This document shows, piece by piece, positions 56,603 through 64,000 of a stretch of DNA of 64,000 nucleotides; within the stretch, counting starts at the first letter, position 1, and each line of letters opens with the position of its first letter. The stretch spans positions 75,991 to 139,990 of the IMG/VR virus record IMGVR_UViG_3300042465_007929. The stretch is one strand, 5' to 3'. Below the pieces are notes generated by a model that saw only the letters and a program-made list of their open reading frames with translations, was not told where the DNA came from and ran no database searches. A program made the translations under genes and the position numbers. This DNA is from a virus.

Positions 56603-57298
56603 TTAATTAAGTTTTATATTAATCGGACTCCATTCGTCAAAAACGAATATGTCGCCACACCATATTGGACCTCCCGTTGGATAAAAAACATTATGTGCTT
56701 GGCTTAAAAAACCAATCCACCAACTAAATGTGCCACTACTCAATACTATATTTTTAAAATTTTTTCCAAAATTTATAGTATTTATTCTAGATTTGTCATA
56801 TGGAATTAAATTAAATCTATCGATTAAACTTGCGACTATTTCATGAGAAAATGAATCACTACTAATATAGCCTCGTTGATAATTAATCTGCTCTATTGCT
56901 TTAATATAATAATCTAATCCGGGATTTTTATTTATAGTGTCACCTAATCTAACATGAACGAATAGATCTTCTGAATGTTCTCCATTATTTTGTAAATCGA
57001 AACAATCTAGAATTTCTTTTTTATAATTTAATATAAAGGGTTTAAGCTGAAATAGACCAGTCAATAGTAATCCGTGATGGATTTCTTTTTTTTCTAATAT
57101 TTCAAACAAATTTGCATTTGTAACCTCAACCTGTTCTTCATATATTCTTTTTCCTGTATGAAATTTAGGATTCAATAAAGATAATTCTTTTTCATGAAGA
57201 TATTCAGCCTTCATATCGAACTTTTTTGAAAGGATGCTTGCAACACAATTTTGAAATATGCCATTACCTAAACGTCCTCTTTTATTAATTGTTATCAT
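56603..57298 (-). CDS. GT11 alpha-1,2-fucosyltransferase-like protein
   Basis: GRLGN.IFQ, VHVRLGD, YY.KAI and TFSWW.GFL motifs. Confidence 0.8.
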   Translation of the reverse strand: MITINKRGRLGNGIFQNCVASILSKKFDMKAEYLHEKELSLLNPKFHTGKRIYEEQVEVTNANLFEILEKKEIHHGLLLTGLFQLKPFILNYKKEILDCFDLQNNGEHSEDLFVHVRLGDTINKNPGLDYYIKAIEQINYQRGYISSDSFSHEIVASLIDRFNLIPYDKSRINTINFGKNFKNIVLSSGTFSWWIGFLSQAHNVFYPTGGPIWCGDIFVFDEWSPINIKLN

Positions 57299-57352
57299 CT
57301 AAAAAATTCTAAAAGTTTTATTATAATTTGCATCTATGAATATGTATTAATT

Positions 57353-57991
57353 TTAACCTAACACTAGTTTTTTATTAGCCATTATAAAATCTTGTTTTGT
57401 GTTTGAGATTAATTCAAAACCATTATCTTCCATTAATTTTAATATCTTCTGACCCTTTTCTTTTTGTCTTGGTCCTAAATGAGAATTATGTTCAATTGTC
57501 GCAGTCATCAATGTATATTTTGAAAATGGAAATGTTTCTAATATTAGAAATTCAGCACCCTCTACATCTAATGACATATAATCAATAATAGGTGGGACAT
57601 TGTATTCACGAAATAAATCCTCAAAAGTTATGCAATCAACTTCATAAAATTTCTGGCTAGATAATCGTTGGGCTGGACATTCATCTGTAATTGTTTCGTC
57701 AGCAACTCCAGATAAAACCCCGATATCCCGAAAAGAAATTTTACCAGTATATGAATATACTGCTGCTTCTTTAAAAAAACATTTTCTTTTTTCTTTAAAT
57801 CCATTCTGCAACCCCTTTCGAGGATCTACACACAAACCATTCCAATCAAAACTTCTTTCTAGAGCGAAAGTATTAGAGATTTGCCTAAAGTGAGCGCAGC
57901 CTATGTCTAAAAAATATCCATTTCTTTTATAATTTAATAATTTTAAGATTTGTATATCTTGTCCATTTTGAGAAAAAGATCTTGTGTTCAT
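57353..57991 (-). CDS. FkbM-family methyltransferase
   Basis: SQ.GQD, G.FLDIG, SNT..LE...W.GLCV.P and IDYMSLDVEGAE motifs. Confidence 0.85.
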   Translation of the reverse strand: MNTRSFSQNGQDIQILKLLNYKRNGYFLDIGCAHFRQISNTFALERSFDWNGLCVDPRKGLQNGFKEKRKCFFKEAAVYSYTGKISFRDIGVLSGVADETITDECPAQRLSSQKFYEVDCITFEDLFREYNVPPIIDYMSLDVEGAEFLILETFPFSKYTLMTATIEHNSHLGPRQKEKGQKILKLMEDNGFELISNTKQDFIMANKKLVLG

Positions 57992-57993
57992 AT

Positions 57994-58983
57994 TTATATT
58001 GGCAATAGCTCTTTAAGTTTTGATAAATCTATAGTAGATTCTTCATAATTTATTTTCTGTATGATTTGTAAAATAGACATCCCTTTCTTCTCGAATGAAA
58101 ATTGGTATGGTATAGAATGATATTCTACAGATTTTGAAATAGCACCATCAAATAAATTATCAAAACTTTTTGCGCTCATTGGGTAGAACTCTATGACTCT
58201 TGGATTTTTTTCTAAATCTAAAAAAATTAAATTTGAAAAAACAGCTCCATGTGGTCCAACAACTAATTCTGCCTGACTAAAAAGTTCATATTGTTTAGAG
58301 ATAGATGTAGGCATATCATCTATTTCTATTCCAGTTAATAAATAAAATTCAAGATTATGAATTAATGCAAATTCTTTAAGTATTTCTATAATTTGATTTT
58401 CATTCTCTTGGGTTAATCTTCTTCCATGTTTTGCGCTGGGAGTATTTCTAGAGCAATATAATAATATATTTTGTTTTTGTTTTTGAATTGGTCTGGCGCT
58501 ATGGAAAATCTTTTTTAACTTTTCTACATTTTCTATTTTATTAACATAACTTCTTGGACAATGATTAACTATTTTAAGTGTTTTGAAGTCGATAACAAAG
58601 GTCTTATTATTAGGAATAAATCGAATCTTATCAGATAATTTTAAATTAAACACATTAATAATGTTGATCATTAAAGGAGATATTACTGTTATTATGCAGT
58701 CATAATCTTTATATGTTTCATCAACTGCGAAAAGTTCTGAAAATACTTCTGAATAGATATGACCATATACATTGCAGTGGTTCAAATTAAGAATCAACAT
58801 ATTATTGCTAGTTATAGTAGTCAATTCTTTATTGTTAATTAAACTATCCTTATCCCATGAAGGAGCTATTATTACTTTCATTTTAAAATTTAATGATTCT
58901 AACATTATGGCATCAGAATCTCTATAGCATAGAGATTCATCATCATCTCTTTTGACATAAATATGATTTACGGGATTTTCCAT
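57994..58983 (-). CDS. GT61 (DUF563)-like glycosyltransferase
   Basis: YGH...E, Y.SR......RR...ENE, Q..LFS.A.LVVGPHGA.FSN..F and VIEF motifs. Confidence 0.75.
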   Translation of the reverse strand: MENPVNHIYVKRDDDESLCYRDSDAIMLESLNFKMKVIIAPSWDKDSLINNKELTTITSNNMLILNLNHCNVYGHIYSEVFSELFAVDETYKDYDCIITVISPLMINIINVFNLKLSDKIRFIPNNKTFVIDFKTLKIVNHCPRSYVNKIENVEKLKKIFHSARPIQKQKQNILLYCSRNTPSAKHGRRLTQENENQIIEILKEFALIHNLEFYLLTGIEIDDMPTSISKQYELFSQAELVVGPHGAVFSNLIFLDLEKNPRVIEFYPMSAKSFDNLFDGAISKSVEYHSIPYQFSFEKKGMSILQIIQKINYEESTIDLSKLKELLPI

Positions 58984-59007
58984 AGTTTATTGAAATTAAA
59001 TTATTTC

Positions 59008-59841
59008 TTATTTACGATATTTTTTATATAATCTCCTATCGAATCTTGTTCGCTTCATAAAAGCTTTTTTAGTTTCATCATCTAATTCTGAAAATGCAAT
59101 CTTTGGTGCATTCATTTCATTTTTTCTAACACGAATCTGACTTGCTGGCATGTCTTTTCGTTTTATATAACAATATTCTGCAAGCATTTCATCTATTAAT
59201 AATTCAACATCTTTAATATTGAAAATTTGCACATTATCAAGAGTCTCACACGCAGAGTTAAAATGATCTTCAGTGATTGATTCATTATCTGAAATATTCA
59301 TTAATACCCTAATCAACCAACTATCTGACAATTTTGTTGATTTTAAATAATCTGAGAAATTTGAAAATTTAATAGAACCATGTGTTAATTCATGATTAGA
59401 TTTTTCACTATTAAGATAGTTATATAAAGATTGACAGGTAGAAAAACTATCACGCATTGTCATATAATATATTGGTTTCATATTCACAATATCACATATG
59501 GATTCTATTATTTTTTTACGCAATAAACTAAAACCCTCTGATTTTACTGTTATAAAAAATATGTCTATTTTTTTATTAGATAACTCTGATAAAAATAAAT
59601 CAATATCTATATTAAAATAGTAATTATTCACAGGGTTTACATAAAAATTTTCATTATCTTTAAAATTTGGGATACGACAAAAAACAGTGAAAACTGTTTT
59701 ATTATTACTTTCGACGGAGATGTTCATCGCATCATTAATGTTGTTTTTTCTACACCATAATCTCAATATAGATACCGCCCAAGTCCAAACGTAAGTTCCA
59801 CCGCTTTTAGGAATATGTAAAAATATGGGTATTTTATTCAT
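59008..59841 (-). CDS. Sulfotransferase-family protein
   Basis: IFLHIPKSGGT, T.RD.....SLYNY and C-terminal D..LY motifs. Confidence 0.7.
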   Translation of the reverse strand: MNKIPIFLHIPKSGGTYVWTWAVSILRLWCRKNNINDAMNISVESNNKTVFTVFCRIPNFKDNENFYVNPVNNYYFNIDIDLFLSELSNKKIDIFFITVKSEGFSLLRKKIIESICDIVNMKPIYYMTMRDSFSTCQSLYNYLNSEKSNHELTHGSIKFSNFSDYLKSTKLSDSWLIRVLMNISDNESITEDHFNSACETLDNVQIFNIKDVELLIDEMLAEYCYIKRKDMPASQIRVRKNEMNAPKIAFSELDDETKKAFMKRTRFDRRLYKKYRK

Positions 59842-59849
59842 AAAATTTA

Positions 59850-60581
59850 TTATAAATTCATTATTATTCTTGCTAAAGATCCATCATCGCATCCATGAAC
59901 TAATACAACATCGTCTTCGATTGCTCGATGAAAATTATATTTATTATTTCTTACCTCTTTTATTTCTCCACTAATATTTTTATTAATATTAGTATAATTA
60001 TAAGTTCTAAAGTTATGTTGCATTAATTTCGAGTTGACAGATATTGGCATGATTTCATCTTGACAATAAACATCAAACGCTAAAGAATCATCATCTAAAT
60101 TCTTCCAAGAATTACAAATAATATTAAAATCAGGAGGATAAATAGCGACCCCAACAAGATGAGATGTAGGTATTTGACCAAATATAAAATCTTGAATCAT
60201 GCCTAAACATTTTGATTTATTTTTTTGATACTCTTCTTCTAATAAATCTATCCAATTTTTTTTAATTGGAGTGCAATCCAATTCCATCCATAACCATGGC
60301 GATTTATTGTCAGTAATTTCTAAATATTTAATCGTTTCTTTCCAGTAATGATTTGGGCCTTGAGGCCAACCATAAGTTCCATTTTTATCAAAAACATGTA
60401 TTTGTGCTTCTGAAAACAAATTATTTAATTTATCAAATATTTTCGAAGCGAAACCGACATCAGAGGGTCGAGCAACAATTAACAATTCATGATTTTTATA
60501 TGGAGCAAAAAACTTCATTATATCGCAAAAATCATCAATCAACCCTTCATCGTGGCTAGAGACAGGTATAACTATTTTCAT
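59850..60581 (-). CDS. Putative glycosyltransferase-like protein
   Basis: KIVIPV N-terminus and W.WMELD.TP DxD-like motif; cluster context. Confidence 0.4.
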   Translation of the reverse strand: MKIVIPVSSHDEGLIDDFCDIMKFFAPYKNHELLIVARPSDVGFASKIFDKLNNLFSEAQIHVFDKNGTYGWPQGPNHYWKETIKYLEITDNKSPWLWMELDCTPIKKNWIDLLEEEYQKNKSKCLGMIQDFIFGQIPTSHLVGVAIYPPDFNIICNSWKNLDDDSLAFDVYCQDEIMPISVNSKLMQHNFRTYNYTNINKNISGEIKEVRNNKYNFHRAIEDDVVLVHGCDDGSLARIIMNL

Positions 60582-60633
60582 TCTTAATATATTATAATTT
60601 ATTATTAATTAAATTTTAATTTAAAATAAATTA

Positions 60634-60885
60634 TTATTCTTTTACGCAATCAATAAATTCAACAGTATCAAGATAAGGTTTGCCAATGTCATCATCTGCC
60701 CAAGCCACATCTAAAGTAAGAGAATATTTTTCATTTTCATACTCAAAATATGATGTAAATTTGCAATTACCTGATTTATCTGGAGGATCTTTTTTAAGAA
60801 GACTAATTTCTACCATATCAGTCTCATAACTAATAGCTCCTTGAAGATTGGTAATGTATTTTTTACCGTTAAAGTATTTTCTCAT
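60634..60885 (-). CDS. Hypothetical protein
   Basis: 83-aa ORF. Confidence 0.5.
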   Translation of the reverse strand: MRKYFNGKKYITNLQGAISYETDMVEISLLKKDPPDKSGNCKFTSYFEYENEKYSLTLDVAWADDDIGKPYLDTVEFIDCVKE

Positions 60886-60972
60886 TTTAGTGAATTTTTA
60901 ATTATCCAAACATAAGTGGCAATCATAAAGAATGCTGAACTAAAAACAAATAAATTAATTATTGTTTCCATC

Positions 60973-61182
60973 TTATTGTTTTTCCCATGCCCAGTTTACC
61001 ACAACCCAATCATCAATACAAGTCTCTTTTGTTGTCAAATGATAATTCGGTCCAAACTTAGCATCCATTTTATCTTTCCAATAATCCCAAAAGAAACCAA
61101 GAATACTTTGTTCTGTCATTTCTGTTGGAGCTTCTGGATAAGGCTCTTTATATTCCCAGTATAGATATGTTTTCATTACCAT
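60973..61182 (-). CDS. Small Trp-rich phage protein
   Basis: CIDDWVVVNWAW C-terminal motif. Confidence 0.6.
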   Translation of the reverse strand: MVMKTYLYWEYKEPYPEAPTEMTEQSILGFFWDYWKDKMDAKFGPNYHLTTKETCIDDWVVVNWAWEKQ

Positions 61183-61610
61183 TTATAAAAAATTCCCCAG
61201 TTCTGAGATGCTTCTATATGAGATTCATTATCCCAGTCAAAATCAATATCAATAGATAGATTTTCAATTGAATCATGATGCTCTTCATTTAGACGGGGAG
61301 CATCGCAGTCTTCATCATAAAATATATTTTGATACATCCACTCTTCAAGAAGCCCTAATTGATGACTATAAATTTCACTGTCATCTACATAATCTAATTC
61401 TTCAACAGTTTCAAGTACTGATTCATTAAATTCATCCATTCGGTATACACCGCAGAAACTTGCATAGCATCCACCACCTTCATAACCAATTGCAGTTATG
61501 ATAGTAATGCTATCTCCAATATCTTTCTTAGCGACTGCGACTTGAATGAGTTTAAGACCATCTGGATCTTTAGTTTCATCTCTCAGCGCAACATATAATT
61601 GTTCACTCAT
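61176..61610 (-). CDS. Acidic hypothetical protein
   Basis: 144-aa ORF. Confidence 0.6.
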   Translation of the reverse strand: MSEQLYVALRDETKDPDGLKLIQVAVAKKDIGDSITIITAIGYEGGGCYASFCGVYRMDEFNESVLETVEELDYVDDSEIYSHQLGLLEEWMYQNIFYDEDCDAPRLNEEHHDSIENLSIDIDFDWDNESHIEASQNWGIFYKW

Positions 61611-61622
61611 ATTATTTTTTTA

Positions 61623-62117
61623 TTAAAGATTGAACCATTCTGGTACTGGACGATTTTTCCATTTACCAAGATGGCGTTTATCATGCTTGTAGTATAGTTT
61701 ATAGCAATCTACTGGTTTGTCAAGATTAAAAGAAGGATCTTTACGGCAGAGCATTGTATCTGCAATAGCTACTGCGAAAGGAGTTTGTTCGTGTTTTTCA
61801 AATTTAAGAAGATTTGAGTTTTGTTTTGCCCATTGAATAACTTCAACTGATTTATGTCCTTTACCAGTGCGATAAAGTTTTTCTTCCCATAAAGCAATAC
61901 CATGTTTTATGGTCCAATTAAAGTTTGCGCGAGATTCTCGCATCCATTTAGTTACTGGATGGTTTTGATGACTAGTCTTGTATGGGGCTTCAACACCTTG
62001 AAGATTAAAATTTGTAGATAGGCATTGCGCGATTTCAAGAATAATTTTTGAGCAATGAGCATCACAGTTTAATTGTGCCGCTTTGACTGGATCGTTATCG
62101 AGGATGAACATGTTCAT
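61623..62117 (-). CDS. Pyrimidine-dimer DNA glycosylase (DenV/endonuclease V-like)
   Basis: MNMFILD.DP..AA...CD.H..K.ILE.AQ.LST, H.NHP...W and R.GK.H motifs. Leaderless promoter TTGACA-N17-TAGTAT. Confidence 0.75.
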   Translation of the reverse strand: MNMFILDNDPVKAAQLNCDAHCSKIILEIAQCLSTNFNLQGVEAPYKTSHQNHPVTKWMRESRANFNWTIKHGIALWEEKLYRTGKGHKSVEVIQWAKQNSNLLKFEKHEQTPFAVAIADTMLCRKDPSFNLDKPVDCYKLYYKHDKRHLGKWKNRPVPEWFNL

Positions 62118-62126
62118 GCCGAAATA

Positions 62127-62357
62127 CTAATCTACGAAGCCAGAAGTGTCAATACAATTTGGACAAAAAGGTTCAATTTCTTCTGGTTCAAATAATTCTT
62201 TTACAGAATCATGAGCAAATGTTTGATGAATCAAAATCGTCTTAAATACATCCGTCCAATCATTAAGATCAGAAAATCTATTCACAGTGAGTTCTAACTT
62301 TTTATCGTCAAAAAGATTTTCAACAGTTATTTTTACTTTATTTTTATGGTCATTCAT
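62127..62357 (-). CDS. Hypothetical protein
   Basis: 76 aa with a C-terminal CxxC. Confidence 0.5.
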   Translation of the reverse strand: MNDHKNKVKITVENLFDDKKLELTVNRFSDLNDWTDVFKTILIHQTFAHDSVKELFEPEEIEPFCPNCIDTSGFVD

Positions 62358-62598
62358 TATTTTGAATTTCTACCAAATAATCTACAAGATCAGCGATTTT
62401 TTGATCGTCGAGAATAACCATATCTGCATATGGCTTTCCTTTCAAGCATTCCCATGCGAGAAGAAGACGGTTTTTGAATGAACGATTTTGAGGATCAGTT
62501 TTAAACAATGAGATTTCTGTGCCAAATCCATAATCATGCTCAATCCATAATCCTTCAGATCCACACTCACATTTAAAAAATTTACCAGTCATCATTGT
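62350..62598 (-). CDS. Hypothetical protein
   Basis: FFKCECGSE motif; start uncertain. Confidence 0.5.
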   Translation of the reverse strand, partial: TMMTGKFFKCECGSEGLWIEHDYGFGTEISLFKTDPQNRSFKNRLLLAWECLKGKPYADMVILDDQKIADLVDYLVEIQNNE

Positions 62599-62764
62599 CA
62601 TATTCTGTTTCAGCGTGATCATACGCCATTAGATTCAACACGCCAAGTCCAATATTTACATAAACACATAACCATGAATGCGTCAATAAATATGTTATAA
62701 CCCAACTAATAGGCGTTAAAAGAATAATAGCAGAAATCAATAAAAACCAACGCAAATATTTCAT
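62582..62764 (-). CDS. Small membrane protein
   Basis: Two hydrophobic segments. Confidence 0.5.
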   Translation of the reverse strand: MKYLRWFLLISAIILLTPISWVITYLLTHSWLCVYVNIGLGVLNLMAYDHAETEYDNDDW

Positions 62765-62849
62765 AGTTTACCTTTGTAGATTAAAAATGTAGCGCATAAT
62801 ACGCCGACAATCATTACGACTGCTATACAGATGATGGGAATGTATTCAA

Positions 62850-63242
62850 TCATTTTAATAGCGCTTTAATGATTTTCTCGGCATTTTCTTGGATGGATGG
62901 ATATTCCAAGGAACTAAATTCTTTTCCGTGTTTCGCAATAAATGCTTTCCAATCTGCGAGAGCTTCAGGAGAAATAGGATTCTGTGATGGTCGAGCTTCA
63001 GAGGCATCACGAATAATGTCCATGAGTTGATCTTCTTTTTCTCTCGCAGCAGCAGTAATTTCTGCCTTATAAGGATGCACTTGTTGACGAATTGAAGTAG
63101 ATCCAGCAGCAACTCTTACAAGCCACCAACCTTCACGCAATCCGTCATAAGCCCAAGGATCATTATCCTGAATATATTTTCGACCAACTTTCTTATAGCG
63201 GATTTGATTCATTTTATGGTAAATATTTGTTTCAGCACTCAT
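62850..63242 (-). CDS. Hypothetical protein
   Basis: 130-aa ORF with a YKKVGRKY motif. Confidence 0.6.
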   Translation of the reverse strand: MSAETNIYHKMNQIRYKKVGRKYIQDNDPWAYDGLREGWWLVRVAAGSTSIRQQVHPYKAEITAAAREKEDQLMDIIRDASEARPSQNPISPEALADWKAFIAKHGKEFSSLEYPSIQENAEKIIKALLK

Positions 63243-63243
63243 C

Positions 63244-63435
63244 TTAATCAGCGATTTCCATTTCAGAAAACTCTTTTACAAGTTCAATAACTTCAGCTAA
63301 AGTTGTGCAGACGATTTTCACATCTGCCCAATCATCTTCGCCCTTTTTGCCGCTGACTTTTACTGCGTAACCATTGTCATAACGGTAAATATTAAGTTCT
63401 TCGTTTACTTTCTTTAGTTTATTTGCGATTTTCAT
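63244..63435 (-). CDS. Hypothetical protein
   Basis: 63-aa ORF. Confidence 0.55.
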   Translation of the reverse strand: MKIANKLKKVNEELNIYRYDNGYAVKVSGKKGEDDWADVKIVCTTLAEVIELVKEFSEMEIAD

Positions 63436-63440
63436 ATTTT

Positions 63441-63653
63441 TTAATTCCAGAATGATGCTGTAAGAGGATAATAACCATCAAATTCTTTGGAGTGGCCACT
63501 CTCACGTTTTCCATCCATTGTTGCGTTGATCTCATCCCAATGCTCTTTAGTCAGAGTGATCTCACCCTCTTCAGTCTTGAGATAAACTTCAGTAACCTCC
63601 ATGCCCATCCCAGATGCTTTATATCTTGCTACTACTTGAATGTCATTTGTCAT
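63441..63653 (-). CDS. Hypothetical protein
   Basis: 70-aa ORF. Confidence 0.55.
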   Translation of the reverse strand: MTNDIQVVARYKASGMGMEVTEVYLKTEEGEITLTKEHWDEINATMDGKRESGHSKEFDGYYPLTASFWN

Positions 63654-63672
63654 TTTCGATATTCTATGATTT

Positions 63673-63909
63673 CTAGTTAAATAGATTTTTTATTGGGTTA
63701 TGAAAATTGTATTCAGCGCGAGCTGTGACAATTTGCTTGAAAAGTTCAGAATCCTCCACTTCATCAAGAGTTTCCATGTCAACAACCAAAGTGTCTTTGA
63801 TTCTTTGCTTATTGTCAAGATAATCATGGATGCCATATGTTTTACCATCAATACTGGTTAATTCATATTCAACAGCCTCTTCATTATAAGTCGTTAGTTC
63901 AATATTCAT
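63673..63909 (-). CDS. Hypothetical protein
   Basis: 78-aa ORF downstream of a TTGACT-N16-TAGAAT promoter at about 63942-63969. Confidence 0.55.
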   Translation of the reverse strand: MNIELTTYNEEAVEYELTSIDGKTYGIHDYLDNKQRIKDTLVVDMETLDEVEDSELFKQIVTARAEYNFHNPIKNLFN

Positions 63910-64000
63910 TTTTATGTTCTACGATTTCTAGTTCGGCAAGTATTCTAGCACGACATCCATCAAAGTCAAGAATTATTTTGGCACTTTTCATTTTTATTGT

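Noticed and set aside
1-64000. Alternative genetic code or stop-codon recoding
   Set aside because: Long genes are intact under the standard code; TAA, TGA and TAG all end genes, and no suppressor tRNA is seen.
1-64000. Prophage or cellular chromosome; specific host assignment
   Set aside because: No integrase, repressor, att site or housekeeping genes were seen. Promoters are sigma70-like, but the host cannot be determined from this sequence alone.

Overview
A 64-kb fragment of a large, AT-rich tailed dsDNA phage genome (Caudoviricetes). There is no tail-sheath gene in the window, and the 2471-aa tape measure suggests a long non-contractile tail. There are three zones. (1) 1-37001 is morphogenesis and late genes: tail fibre, tail-tube paralogues carrying inserted C-type lectin, carbohydrate-binding or Ig domains, tape measure, neck and tail tube (on the opposite strand), major capsid, protease/scaffold, portal, terminase, ERCC4 nuclease, a phage sigma factor and PhoH. 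Many of these genes have a GTGTA(A/T) motif just upstream. (2) About 37250-48950 is a visibly more GC-rich plus-strand block of roughly 35 mostly tiny genes. About 20 sigma70-type promoters drive them, mostly as leaderless transcripts. Nine copies of a fixed-geometry 77-bp element (27-bp palindrome, exactly 23-bp GC-rich core, 27-bp palindrome) divide the block into modules. The palindrome half-sites match the IHF consensus WATCARnnnnTTR. Orphan TTGAC boxes flank the elements in helical phase, and a second direct-repeat motif accompanies two of them. This array is the best candidate for an undescribed system. (3) 49000-64000 holds tRNA-Arg(TCT), a RuvB-like ATPase, a glycan-modification cluster (three sulfotransferases, GT11, GT61, FkbM methyltransferase), a pyrimidine-dimer glycosylase and many hypotheticals. 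All protein calls come from reading motifs by eye; no database searches were run.
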